Position numbers and translations under genes: made by a program. Shown piece by piece: positions 11,201 through 26,200 of a stretch of 64,000 nt of DNA. Source of the stretch: the human T2T-CHM13v2.0 reference genome, Homo sapiens; the NCBI RefSeq assembly GCF_009914755.1, contig NC_060946.1. One strand, given 5' to 3'. Position 1 is the first letter of the stretch, and each line of letters begins with the position of its first letter. The notes beneath the pieces were generated by a model. It saw nothing but the letters and a program-made list of their open reading frames with translations, had not been told where the DNA came from and made no database searches.

Positions 11201-14200
11201 AGGGTGCTTTGTGACATATGCCTGCAATGATCACCCAGGTGATATACCACTTGCCAATGCTCTGCCTACAGGGGCATTGCAATGTATCTCTGCACTGATC
11301 ACCTAGGTCTTGTAGCTATTTTCTAGGATCTGCCTACAGGGTGCTTTGTGACGTGTCCCAGCAAGGATTACCCAGGTGATGTAACTCTCATCAAGGCTCT
11401 GCCTACAGGCACATTGTGATGTATCTCTGCACTGATCTCCTCGGTCATGTAACTTTTTCTAGGCTCTACCTACGATGGCATTGTGACATATCTCTGCACT
11501 AATCATCCAAGTGATGTAAATCTTGTCTAGGATGTGCCTAAATTAACTTTTTGACATAACCCTGTACTGATCATCCAGGTGATGGAGATTTTGTCTAGGC
11601 TCTGCCTAAGGGGGCATTGTGACATATTTCTGCATTGATCACCCAGGTGGCGAACTCTTCTCTCGGATCTGCCTATGGGGGCATTGTGAGAAATCTCTGC
11701 ACTGATCACCCAGGTGATGTAACTGTTGTGTAACCTCTGCCAACAGGGGAATTGTGAGAGATCTCGTCACTGATTACCCAAGTGATGTAACCATTGTCTA
11801 GGCTTTGCGTACAGGGGGCTTTGTGACATACCTTTGCACTGATCACCCAGGTGATGTAACACATCTAAGTTCGGCCTAAAGGAGCTTTGTGACATATCTC
11901 TGCACTGATCACTTAGGTGATGTAACACTTTTATAATCACTGCCTACAGGGAATTTTGACAAATCTCTGCACTGATCACCTAGGTGATGTAACTCTTGTC
12001 TACCCTCTGTCCAACGGGGCATTGTGAAATATCTCTGCACTGATCACCCAGGTGAAGTAACTCTTGTCTAGGCTCTGCTTCCAGGGAATATTGTGACATA
12101 TCTATGCACTGATCACCTTAGTGATGTAACACTTTGGTAGGCTCGGCCTACAGGGGAATCTTGACATATCTCTGCACTGTTAACCGAGGTGATTTAACTC
12201 TTGTCTAGGCTGTGCCCACAGGGGGATTGAGACATATCTCTGCACTGATCCCGAGGTGATACAACTCTTGCCTGGTCTCTGCCTACTGTGGACATTGTGA
12301 CATATCTCTGCACTGATCTCCCAGGTGCTGAAACTTTAGTCTAGGCTCTGGCTACATGGCATTGTGACATATCACTGCACTGATCACCCAGGCGATATAA
12401 CTCTTCTGAAGGATCTGACCACAGGGTGCTTTGTGACATATCCCTGCAATGATCACCCAGGTGATATACCACTTGCCAAGGCTCTGCCTACAGGGGCATT
12501 GCAATGTATCTCTGCACTGATCACCTAGGTCTTGTAGCTATTTTCTAGTATCTGCCTACAGGGTGCTTTGTGAGGTGTCCCAGCAAGGATTACCCAGGTG
12601 ATGTACCTCTCATCAAGGCTCTGCCTACAGGCACAATGTGATGTATCTCTGCACTGATCACCTCGGTCATGTAACTTTTTTCTAGGCTCTACCTACGATA
12701 GCATTGTGACATATCTCTGCACTAATCATCCAAGTGATGTAAAACTTGTCTAGGATGTGCCTAAATTAACTTTTTGACATAACCCTGTACTGATCATCCA
12801 GGTGATGGTGCTTTTGTCTAGGCTCTGCCTAAGGGGGCATTGTGACATATTTCTGCATTGATCACCCAGGTGGCGAACTCTTCTCTCGGATCTGCCTATG
12901 GGGGCATTGTGAGAAATCTCTGCACTGATCACCCAGGTGATGTAACTGCTGTGTAACCTCTGCCTACAGGGGAATTGTGAGAGATCTCGTCAATGATTAC
13001 CCAAGGGATGTAACCGTTGTCTAGGCTTTGCATACAGGGGGCTTTGTGACATACCTTTGCACTGATCACCCAGGTGATGTAACACATCTAAGTTCGGCCT
13101 AAAGGAGCTTTGTGACATATCTCTGCACTGATCACTTAGGTGATGTAACACTTTTATAATCACTGCCTACAGGGAATTTTGACAAATCTCTGCACTGATC
13201 ACCTAGGTGATGTAACTCTTGTCTACCCTCTGTCCAACGGGGCATTGTGAAATATCTCAGCACTGATCACCCAGGTGATTCAACTCTTGACTAGGAACTG
13301 CCTACAGAGGTTATTGTGAAATATCTCTGCACTGATAAACTAGGTGGTGTAACCCTTGTCCAAGCTCTGCCTACAGGGGCGTTTCCACATATCCCTGAAA
13401 TGATGACAAAGGTGATGTAACACTTGCCTAGGCTTTGCCTACAGGGAACATTGGACATATATCTGCACTGATCACCCAAGTGATGCAACTCTTGCCTAGG
13501 CTTTGCCTACAGGGGACATTGTGACATATCTCTTCAATGATCACTCATGTGATGCATCTCTTGCCTAGGCTTTGCCTACAGGGGACATTGTGACATATCT
13601 CTGCACTGATCTCCCAGGTACTGTAACTTTAGTGTAGGCTCTGGCTACACGGCATTGTGACCTACCTCTGCAATGATCACCCAGGTGATATAATTCTTCT
13701 CTAGGATCTGCCTACAGGGTACTTTGTGACATATCCCTGCACTGATCACCCAGGTGATCTAACTCTGGTCTAAGCTCTGCCTAAAGGGGCATTGTGACAG
13801 ATCTCTGCACTGATCACTCTGGTGATGTAAGTATTGTCTAGGTTCTGCTTCAAGGGGCCTTGTCACATATCTGTGCACTGATCACCCAGGTGATGTAACT
13901 CTTGTCTAGGCTCTGCTTCCAGGGCATATTGTGACATATCTATGCACTGATCACCTTAGTGATGTAACACTTTGGTAGGCTCGGCCTACAGGGGAATCTT
14001 GACATATCTCTGCACTGTTAACCGAGGTGATTTAACTCTTGTCTAGGCTGTGCCCACAGGGGGATTGAGACATATCTCTGCACTGATCCCGAGGTGATAC
14101 AACTCTTTCCTGGTCTCTGCCTACTGTGGACATTGTGACATATCTCTGCACTGATCTCCCAGGTGCTGTAACTTTAGTCTAGGCTCTGGCTACACGGCAT

Positions 14201-17200
14201 TGTGACATATCACTGCACTGATCACGCAGGCGATATAACTCTTCTCTAGGATCTGACCACAGGGTGCTTTGTGACATATCCCTGTAATGATCACCCAGGT
14301 GATATACCACTTGCCAAGGCTCTGCCTACAGGGGCATTGCAATGTATCTCTGCACTGATCACCTAGGTCTTGTAGCTATTTTCTAGGATCTGCCTACAGG
14401 GTGCTTAGTGACGTGTCCCAGCAAGGATTACCCAGGTGATGTACCTCTCATCAAGGCTCTGCCTACAGGCACATTGTGATGTATCTCTGCACTGATCACC
14501 TCGGTCATGTAACTTTTTTCTAGGCTCTACCTACGATGGCATTGTGACATATCTCTGCTCTAATCATCCAAGTGATGTAACACTTGTCTAGGATGTGCCT
14601 AAATTAACTTTTTGACATAACCCTGTACTGATCATCCAGGTGATGGAGCTTTTGTCTAGGCTCTGCCTAAGGGGGCATTGTGACATATTTCTGCATTGAT
14701 CACCCAGGTGGCGAACTCTTCTCTCGGATCTGCCTATGGAGGCATTGTGAGAAATCTCTGCACTGATCACCCAGGTGATGTAACTGTTGTGTAACCTCTG
14801 CCTACAGGGGAATTGTGAGAGACCTCGCCACTCATTACCCAAGTGATGTAACCATTGTCTAGGCTTTGCATAAAGGGGGCTTTGTGACATACCTTTGCAC
14901 TGATCACCCAGGTGATGTAACACATCTAAGTACGGCCTAAAGGAGCTTTGTGACATATCTCTGCACTGATCACTTAGGTGATGTAATACTTTTATAATCA
15001 CTGCCTACAGGGAATTTTGACAAATCTCTGCACTGATCACCTAGGTGATGTAACTCTTGTCTACCCTCTGTCCAACGGGGCATAGTGAAATATCTCTGCA
15101 CTAATCACCCAGGTGATTCAACTCTTCAATAGGAACTGCCTACAGAGGTTATTGTGAAATATCTCTGCACTGATAAACTAGGTGGTGTAACCCTTGTCCA
15201 AGCTCTGCCTACAGGGGCGTTTCCACATATCCCTGAACTGATGACAAAGGTGATGTAACACTTGCCTAGGCTTTGCCTACAGGGAACATTGGACATATAT
15301 CTGCACTGATCACCCAGGTGATGCAACTCTTACCTAGGCTTTGCCTACAGGGGCATTGTGACATATCTCTTCAATGATCACTCATGTGATGCATCTCTTG
15401 CCTAGGCTTTGCCTACAGGGGACATTGTGACATATCTCTGCACTGATCTCCCAGGTGCTGTAACTTTAGTCTAGGCTCTGGCTACACGGCATTGTGACCT
15501 ACCTCTGCACTGATCACCCAGGTGATATAACTCTTCTCTAGGATCTGCCTACAGGGTACTTTGTGACATATACCTGCACTGATCACCCAGGTGATTTAAC
15601 TCTGGTCTACGCTCTGCCTAAAGGGGCATTGTGACAGATCTCTGCACTGATCACTCTGGTGATGTAAGTATTGTCTAGGCTCTGCTTCAAGGGGCCTTGT
15701 CACATATCTCTGCACTGATCACCCAGGTGATGTAACTCTTGTCTAGGCTCTGCTTCCAGGGCATATTGTGACATATCTATGCACTGATCACCTTAGTGAT
15801 GTAACACTTTGGTAGGCTCGGCCTACAGGGGAATCTTGACATATCTCTGCACTGTTAACCGAGGTGATTTAACTCTTGTCTAGGCTGTGCCCACAGGGGG
15901 ATTGAGACATATCTCTGCACTGATCCCGAGGTGATACAACTCTTGCCTGGTCTCTGCCTACTGTGGACATTGTGACATATCTCTGCACTGATCTCCCAGG
16001 TGCTGTAACTTTAGTCTAGGCTCTGGCTACACGGCATTGTGACATATCACTGCACTGATCACCCAGGCGATATAACTCTTCTCTAGGATCTGACCACAGG
16101 GTGCTTTGTGACATATCCCTGCAATGATCACCCAGGTGATATACCACTTGCCAAGGCTCTGCCTACAGGGGCATTGCAATGTATCTCTGCACTGATCACC
16201 TAGGTCTTGTAGCTATTTTCTAGGATCTGCCTACAGGGTGCTTTGTGACGTGTCCCAGCAAGGATTACCCAGGTGATGTACCTCTCATCAAGGCTCTGCC
16301 TACAGGCACATTGTGATGTATCTCTGCACTGATCACCTCGGTCATGTAACTTTTTTCTAGGCTCTACCTACGATGGCATTGTGACATATCTCTGCACTAA
16401 TCATCCAAGTGATGTAACACTTGTCTAGGATGTGCCTAAATTAACTTTTTGACATAACCCTGTACTGATCATCCAGGTGATGGAGCTTTTGTCTAGGCTC
16501 TGCCTAAGGGGGCATTGTGACATATTTCTGCATTGATCACCCAGGTGGCGAACTCTTCTCTCGGATCTGCCTATGGGGGCATTGTGAGAAATCTCTGCAC
16601 TGATCACCCAGGTGATGTAACTGTTGTGTAACCTCTGCCTACAGGGGAATTGTGAGAGATCTCGTCACTGATTACCCCAGTGATGTAACCATTGTCTAGG
16701 CTTTGCGTACAGGGGGCTTTGTGACATACCTTTGCACTGATCACCCAGGTGATGTAACACATCTAAGTTCGGCCTAAAGGAGCTTTGTGACATATCTCTG
16801 CACTGATCACTTAGGTGATGTAACACTTTTATAATCACTGCCTACAGGGAATTTTGACAAATCTCTGCACTGATCACCTAGGTGATGTAACTCTTGTCTA
16901 CCCTCTGTCCAACGGGGCATTGTGAAATATCTCTACACTGATCACCCAGGTGATTCAACTCTTGACTAGGAACTGCCTACAGAGGTTATTGTGAAATATC
17001 TCTGCACTGATAAACTAGGTGGTGTAACCCTTGTCCAAGCTCTGCCTACAGGGGCGTTTCCACATATCCCTGAACTGATGACAAAGGTGATGTAACTCTT
17101 ACCTAGGCTTTGCCTACAGGGAACATTGGACATATATCTGCACTGATCACCCAGGTGATGCAACTCTTGCCTATGCTTTGCCTACAGGGGCATTGTGACA

Positions 17201-20200
17201 TATCTCTTCAATGATCACTCATGTGATGCATCTCTTGCCTAGGCTTTGCCTACAGGGGACATTGTGACATATCTCTGCACTGATCTCCCAGGTGCTGTAA
17301 CTTTAGTCTAGGCTCTGGCTACACGGCATTGTGACCTACCTCTGCACTGATCACCCAGGTGATATAACTCTTCTCTAGGATCTGCCTACAGGGTACTTTG
17401 TGACATATCCCTGCACTGATCACCCAGGTGATCTAACTCTGGTCTAAGCTCTGCCTAAAGGGGCATTGTGACAGATCTCTGCACTGATCACTCTGGTGAT
17501 GTAAGTATTGTCTAGGCTCTGCTTCAAGGGGCCTTGTCACATATCTCTGCACTGATCACCCAGGTGATGTAACTCTTGTCTAGGCTCTGCTTCCAGGGCA
17601 TATTGTGACATATCTATGCACTGATCACCTTAGTGATGTAACACTTTGGTAGGCTCGGCCTACAGGGGAATCTTGACATATCTCTGCACTGTTAACCGAG
17701 GTGATTTAACTCTTGTCTAGGCTGTGCCCACAGGGGGATTGAGACATATCTCTGCACTGATCCCGAGGTGATACAACTCTTGCCTGGTCTCTGCCTACTG
17801 TGGACATTGGGACATATCTCTGCACTGATCTCCCAGGTGCTGTAACTTTAGTCTAGGCTCTGGCTACACGGCATTGTGACATATCACTGCACTGATCACC
17901 CAGGCGATATAACTCTTCTCTAGGATCTGACCACAGGGTGCTTTGTGACATATCCCTGCAATGATCACCCAGGTGATATACCACTTGCCAAGGCTCTGCC
18001 TACAGGGGCATTGCAATGTATCTCTGCACTGATCACCTAGGTCTTGTAGCTATTTTCTAGGATCTGCCTACAGGGTGCTTTGTGAGGTGTCCCAGCAAGG
18101 ATTACCCAGGTGATGTACCTCTCATCAAGGCTCTGCCTACAGGCACATTTTGATGTATCTCTGCACTGATCACCTCGGTCATGTAACTTTTTTCTAGGCT
18201 CTACCTACGATGGCATTGTGACATATCTCTGCACAAATCATCCAAGTGATGTAACACTTGTCTAGGACGTGCCTAAATTAACTTTTTGACATAACCCTGT
18301 ACTGATCATCCAGGTGATGGAGCTTTTGTCTAGGCTCTGCCTAAGGGGGCATTGTGACATATTTCTGCATTGATCACCCAGGTGGCGAACTCTTCTCTCG
18401 GATCTGCCTATGGGGGCATTGTGAGAAATCTCTGCACTGATCACCCAGGTGATGTAACTGTTGTGTAACCTCTGCCTACAGGGGAATTGTGAGAGATCTC
18501 GTCACTGATTACCCAAGTGATGTAACCATTGTCTAGGCTTTGCGTACAGGGGGCTTTGTGACATACCTTTGCACTGATCACCCAGGTGATGTAACACATC
18601 TAAGTTCGGCCTAAAGGAGCTTTGTGACATATCTCTGCACTGATCACTTAGGTGATGTAACACTTTTATAATCACTGCCTACAGGGAATTTTGACAAATC
18701 TCTGCACTGATCACCTAGGTGTTGTAACTTTTGTCTACCCTCTGTCCAACGGGGCATTGTGAAATCTCTCTGCACTGATCACCCAGGTGATTCAACTCTT
18801 GACTAGGATCTGCCCACAGAGGTTATTGTGAAATATCTCTACACTGATAAACTAGGTGGTGTAACCCTTGTCCAAGCTCTGCCTACAGGCGCGTTTCCAC
18901 ATATCCCTGAGCTGATGACAAAGGTGATGTAACACTTGCCTAGGCTTTGCCTACAGGGAACATTGGACATATATCTGCACTGATCACCGAAGTGATGCAA
19001 CTCTTGCCTAGGCTTTGCCTACAGGGGACATTGTGACATATCTCTTCAATGATTACTCATGTGATGCATCTCTTGCCTAGGCTTTGCCTACAGGGGACAT
19101 TGTGACATATCTCTGCACTGATCTCCCAGGTGCTGTAACTTTAGTCTAGGCTCTGGCTACACGGCATTGTGACCTACCTCTGCACTGATCACCCAGGTGA
19201 TATAACTCTTCTCTAGGATCTGCCTACAGGGTACTTTGTGACATATCCCTGCACTGATCACCCAGGTGATCTAACTCTGGTCTAAGCTCTGCCTAAAGGG
19301 GCATTGTGACAGGTCTCTGCACTGATCAGTCTGGTGATGTAAGTATTGTCTAGGCTCTGCTTCAAGGGGCCTTGTCACATATCTCTGCACTGATCACCCA
19401 GGTGATGTAACTCTTGTCTAGGCTCTGCTTCCAGGGCATATTGTGACATATCTATGCACTGATCACCTTAGTGATGTAACACGTTGGTGGGCTCGGCCTA
19501 CAGGGGAATCTTGACATATCTCTGCACTGTTAACCGAGGTGATTTAACTCTTCTCTAGGCTGTGCCCACAGGGGGATTGAGACATATCTCTGCGCTGCTC
19601 CCGAGGTGATACAACTCTTGCCTGGTCTCTGCCTACTGTGGACATTGGGACATATCCCTGCACTGATCTCCCAGGTGCTGTAACTTTAGTCTAGGCTCTG
19701 GCTACACGGCATTGTAACATATCACTGCACTGATCACCCAGGCGATATAACTCTTCTCTAGGATCTGACCACAGGGTGCTTTGTGACATATCCCTGCAAT
19801 GATCACCCAGGTGATATACCACTTTCCAAGGCTCTGCCTACAGGGGCATTGCAATGTATCTCTGCACTGATCACCTAGGTCTTGTAGCTATTTTCTAGGA
19901 TCTGCCTACAGGGTGCTTTGTGACGTGTCCCAGCAAGGATTACCCAGGTGATGTACCTCTCATCAAGGCTCTGCCTACAGGCACATTGTGATGTATCTCT
20001 GCACTGATCACCTAGGTGATGTAACTTTTTTCTAGGCTCTACCTACGATGGCATTGTGACATATCTCTGCACTAATCATCCAAGTGATGTAACTCTTGTC
20101 TAGGATGTGCCTAAATTAACTTTTTGACATAACCCTGTACTGATCATCCAGGTGATGGAGCTTTTGTCTAGGCTCTGCCTAAGGGGGCATTGTGACATAT

Positions 20201-23200
20201 TTCTGCATTGATCACCCAGGTGGCGAACTCTTCTCTCGGATCTGCCTATGTGGGCATTGTGAGAAATCTCTGCACTGATCACCCAGGTGATGAAACTGTT
20301 GTGTAACCTCTGCCTACAGGGGAATTGTGAGAGATCTCGTCACTGATTACCCAAGTGATGTAACCATTGTCTAGGCTTTGCGTACAGGGGGCTTTGTGAC
20401 ATACCTTTGCACTGATCACCCAGGTGATGTAACACATCTAAGTTCGGCCTAAAGGTGCTTTGTGACATATCTCTGCACTGATCACTTAGGTGATGTAACA
20501 CTTTTATAATCACTGCCTACAGGGAATTTTGACAAATCTCTGCACTGATCACCTAGGTGATGTAACTCTTGTCTACCCTCTGTCCAACAGGGCATTGTGA
20601 AATATCTCTGCACTGATCACCCAGGTGATTCAACTCTTGACTAGGAACTGCCTACAGAGGTTATTGTGAAATATCTCTGCACTGATAAACTAGGTGGTGT
20701 AACACTTGTCCAAGCTCTGCCTACAGGGTCGTTTCCACATATCCCTGAACTGATGACAATGGTGATGTAACTCTTGCCTAGGCTTTGCCTACAGGGAACA
20801 TTGGACATATATCTGCACTGATCACCCCGGTGATGCAACTCTTGCCTAGGCTTTGCCTACAGGGAACATTGTGACATATCTCTTCAATGATCACTCATGT
20901 GATGTATCTCTTGCCTAGGCTTTGCCTAAAGGGGACATTGTGACATATCTCTGCACTGATCTCCCAGGTGCTGTAACTTTAGTCTAGGCTCTGGCTACAC
21001 GGCATTGTGACCTACCTCTGCACTGATCACCCAGGTGATATAACTCTTCTCTAGGATCTGCCTACAGGGTACTTTGTGACATATCCCTGCACTGATCACC
21101 CAGGTGATTTAACTCTGGTCTAAGCTCTCCCTAAGGGGGATTGTGACAGATCTCTGCACTGATTACTCTGGTGATGTAAGTATTGTCTAGGCTCTGCTTC
21201 AAGGGGCCTTGTCACATATCTCTGCACTGATCACCCAGGTGATGTAACTCTTCTCTAGGCTCTGCTTCCAGGGCATATTGTGACATATCTATGCACTGAT
21301 CACCTTAGTGATGTAACACTTTGGTAGGCTCGGCCTACAGGGGAATCTTGACATATCTCTGCAGTGTTAACCGAGGTGATTTAACTCTTGTCTAGGCTGT
21401 GCCCACAGGGGGATTGAGACATATCTCTGCACTGATCCCGAGGTGATACAACTCTTGCCTGGTCTCTGCCTACTGTGGACATTGGGACATATCTCTGCAC
21501 TGATCTCCCAGGTGCTGTAACTTTAGTCTAGGCTCTGGCTACACGGCATTGTGACATATCACTGCACTGATCACCCAGGCGATATAACTCTTCTCTAGGA
21601 TCTGACCTCAGGGTGCTTTGTGACATATCCCTGCAATGATCACCCAGGTGATATACCACTTGCCAAGGCTCTGCCTACAGGGGCATTGCAATGTATCTCT
21701 GCACTGATCACCTAGGTCTTGTAGCTATTTTCTAGGATCTGCCTACAGGGTGCTTTGTGACGTGTCCCAGCAAGGATTACCCAGGTGATGTACCTCTCAT
21801 CAAGGCTCTGCCTACAGGCACATTGTGATGTATCTATGCACTGATCACCTCGGTCATGTAACTTTTCTCTAGGCTCTACCTACGATGGCATTGTGACATA
21901 TCTCTGCACTAATCATCCAAGTGATGTAACACTTGTCTAGGATGTGCCTAAATTAACTTTTTGACATAACCCTGTACTGATCATCCAGGTGATGGAGCTT
22001 TTGTCTAGGCTCTGCCTAAGGGGGCATTGTGACATATTTCTGCATTGATCACCCAGGTGTCGAACTCTTCTCTCGGATCTGCCTATGGGGGCATTGTGAG
22101 AAATCTCTGCACTGATCACCCAGGTGATGTAACTGTTGTGTAACCTCTGCCTACAGGGGAATTGTGAGAGATCTCGTCACTTATTACCCAAGTGATGTAA
22201 CCATTGTCTAGGCTTTGCGTACAGGGGGCTTTGTGACATACCTTTGCACTGATCACCCAGGTGATGTAACACATCTAAGTTCGGCCTAAAGGAGCTTTGT
22301 GACATATCTCTGCACTGATCACTTAGGTGATGTAACACTTTTATAATCACTGCCTACAGGGAATTTTGACAAATCTCTGCACTGATCACCTAGGTGATGT
22401 AACTCTTGTCTACCCTCTGTCCAACGGGGCATTGTGAAATATCTCTGCACTGATCACCCAGGTGATTCAACTCTTGACTAGGAACTGCCTACAGAGGTTA
22501 TTGTGAAATATCTCTGCACTGATAAACTAGGTGGTGTAACCCTTGTCCAAGCTCTGCCTACAGGGTCGTTTCCACATATCCCTGAACTGATGACAAAGGT
22601 GATGTAACTCTTGCCTAGGCTTTGCCTACAGGGAACATTGGACATATATCTGCACTGATCACCCAGGTGATGCAACTCTTGCCTAGGCTTTGCCTACAGG
22701 GGACATTGTGACATATCTCTTCAATGATCACTCATGTGATGCATCTCTTGCCTAGGCTTTGCCTACAGGGAACATTGTGACATATCTCTGCACTGATCTC
22801 CCAGGTGCTGTAACTTTAGTCTAGGCTCTGGCTACACGGCATTGTGACCTACCTCTGCACTGATCACCCAGGTGATATAACTCTTCTCTAGGATCTGCCT
22901 ACAAGGTACTTTGTGACATATCCCTGCACTGATCACCCAGGTGATTTAACTCTGGTCTAAGCTCTGCCTAAAGGGGCATTGTGACAGATCTCTGCACTGA
23001 TCACTCTGGTGATGTAAGTATTGTCTAGGCTCTGCTTCAAGGGGCCTTGTCACATATCTCTGCACTGATCACCCAGGTGATGTAACTCTTGTCTAGGCTC
23101 TGCTTCCAGGGCATATTGTGACATATCTATGCACTGATCACCTTAGTGATGTAACACTTTGGTAGGCTCGGCCTACAGGGGAATCTTGACATATCTCTGC

Positions 23201-26200
23201 ACTGTTAACCGAGGTGATTTAACTCTTGTCTAGGCTGTGCCCACAGGGGGATTGAGACATATCTCTGCACTGATCCCGAAGTGATACAACTCTTGCCTGG
23301 TCTCTGCCTAATGTGGATATTGGGACATATCTCTGCACTGATCTCCCAGGTGCTGTAACTTTAGTCTAGGCTCTGGCTACACGGCATTGTGACATATCAC
23401 TGCACTGATCACTCAGGCGATATATCTCTTCTCTAGGATCTGACCACAGGGTGCTTTGTGACATATCCCTGCAATGATCACCCAGGTGATATACCATTTG
23501 CCAAGGCTCTGCCTACAGGGGCATTGCAATGTATCTCTGCACTGATCACCTAGGTCTTGTAGCTATTTTCTAGGATCTGCCTACAGGGTGCTTTGTGACG
23601 TGTCCCAGCAAGGATTACCCAGGTGATGTACCTCTCATCAAGGCTCTGCCTACAGGCACATTGTGATGTATCTCTGCACTGATCACCTCGGTCATGTAAC
23701 TTTTTTCTAGGCTCTACCTACGATGGCATTGTGACATATCTCTGCACTAATCATCCAAGTGATGTTACTCTTGTCTAGGATGTGCCTAAATTAACTTTTT
23801 GACATAACCCTGTACTGATCATCCAGGTGATGGGGCTTTTGTCTAGGCTCTGCCTAAGGGGGCATTGTGACATATTTCTGCATTGATCACCCAGGTGACG
23901 AACTCTTCTCTCGGATCTGCCTATGGGGGCATTGTGAGAAATCTCTACACTGATCACCCAGGTGATGTAACTGTTGTGTAACCTCTGCCTACAGGGGAAT
24001 TGTGAGAGATCTCGTCACTCATTACCCAAGTGATGTAACCATTGTCTAGGCTTTGCGTACAGGGGGCTTTGTGACATAACTTTGCACTGATCACCCAGGT
24101 GATGTAACAGATGTAAGTTCGGCCTAAAGGAGCTTTGTGACATATCTCTGCACTGATCACTTAGGTGATGTAACACTTTTATAATCACTGCCTACAGGGA
24201 ATTTTGACAAATCTCTGCACTGTTCACCTAGGTGTTGTAACTCTTGTCTACCCTCTGTCCAACGGGGCATTGTGAAATATCTCTGCACTGATCACCCAGG
24301 TGATTCAACTCTTGACTACGAACTGCCTAGAGAGGTTACTGTGAAATATCTCTGCACTGATAAACTAGGTGGTGTAACCCTTGTCCAAGCTCTGCCTACA
24401 GGGTCGTTTCCACATATCCCTGAACTGATGACAAAGGTGATGTAACTCTTGCCTAGGCTTTTCCTACAGGGAACATTGGACATATATCTGCACTGATCAC
24501 CCAGGTGATGCAACTCTTGCCTAGGCTTTGCCTACAGGGGACATTGTGACATATCTCTTCAATGATCACTCATGTGATGCATCTCTTGAATAGGCTTTGC
24601 CTACAGGGGACATTGTGACATATCTCTGCACTGATCTCCCAGGTGCTGTAACTTTAGTCTAGGCTCTGGCTACACGGCATTGTGACCTACCTCTGCACTG
24701 ATCACCCAGGTGATATAACTCTTCTCTAGGATCTGCCTACAGGGTACTTTGTGACATATCCCTGCACTGATCACCCAGGTGATCTAACTCTGGTCTAAGC
24801 TCTGCCTAAAGGGGCATTGTGACAGATCTCTGCACTGATCACTCTGGTGATGTAAGTATTGTCTAGGCTCTGCTTCAAGGGGCCTTGTCACATATCTCTG
24901 CACTGATCATCCAGGTGATGTAACTCTTGTCTAGGCTCTGCTTCCAGGGCATATTGTTACATATCTATGCACTGATCAAATTAGTGATGTAACACTTTGG
25001 TAGGCTCGGCCTACAGGGGAATCTTGATATATCTCTGCACTGTTAACCGAGGTGATTTAACACTTGTCTAGGCTGTGCCCACAGGGGGATTGAGACATAT
25101 CTCTGCACTGATCCCGAGGTGATACAACTCTTGCCTGGTCTCTGCCTACTGTGGACATTGTGACATATCTCTGCACTGATCTCCCAGGTGCTGTAACTTT
25201 AGTCTAGGCTCTGGCTACACGGCATTGTGACATATCACTGCACTGATCACCCAGGCGATATAACTCTTCTCTAGGATCTGACCACAGGGTGCTTTGTGAC
25301 ATATCCCTGCAATGATCACCCAGGTGATATACCACTTGCCAAGGCTCTGCCTAGAGGGGCATTGCAATGTATCTCTGCACTGATCACCTAGGTCTTGTAG
25401 CTATTTTCTAGGATCTGCCTACAGGGTGCTTTGTGACGTGTCCCAGCAAGGATTACCCAGGTGATGTACCTCTCATCAAGGCTCTGCCTACAGGCACATT
25501 GTGATGTATCTCTGCACTGATCACCTCGGTCATGTAACTTTTTTCTAGGCTCTACCTACGATGGCATTGTGACATATCTCTGCTCTAATCATCCAAGTGA
25601 TGTAACACTTGTCTAGGATGTGCCTAAATTAACTTTTTGACATAACCCTGTACTGATCATCCAGGTGATGGAGCTTTTGTCTAGGCTCTGCCTAAGGGGG
25701 CATTGTGACATATTTCTGCATTGATCACCCAGGTGGCGAACTCTTCTCTCGGATCTGCCTATGGGGGCATTGTGAGAAATCTCTGCACTGATCACCCAGG
25801 TGATGTAACTGTTGTGTAACCTCTGCCTACAGGGGAATTGTGAGAGATCTCGTCACTGATTACCCAAGTGATGTAACCATTGTCTAGGATTTGCGTACAG
25901 GGGGCTTTGTGACATACCTTTGCACTGATCACCCAGGTGATGTAACACATCTAAGTTCGGCCTAAAGGAGCTTTGTGACATATCTCTGCAATGATCACTT
26001 AGGTGATGTAACACTTTTATAATCACTGCCTACAGGGAATTTTGACAAATCTCTGCACTGATCACCTAGGTGATGTAACTCTTGTCTACCCTCTGTCCAA
26101 CGGGGCATTGTGAAATATCTCTACACTGATCACCCAGGTGATTCAACTCTTGACTAGGAACTGCCTACAGAGGTTATTGTGAAATATCTCTGCACTGATA

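Noticed and set aside
14588-15001. Longest ORF (137 aa) with periodic His/Cys (HHLGDQC), resembling a zinc-finger repeat
   Set aside because: No C2H2 spacing or linker. It is a chance read-through in one HOR copy, closed in the others.
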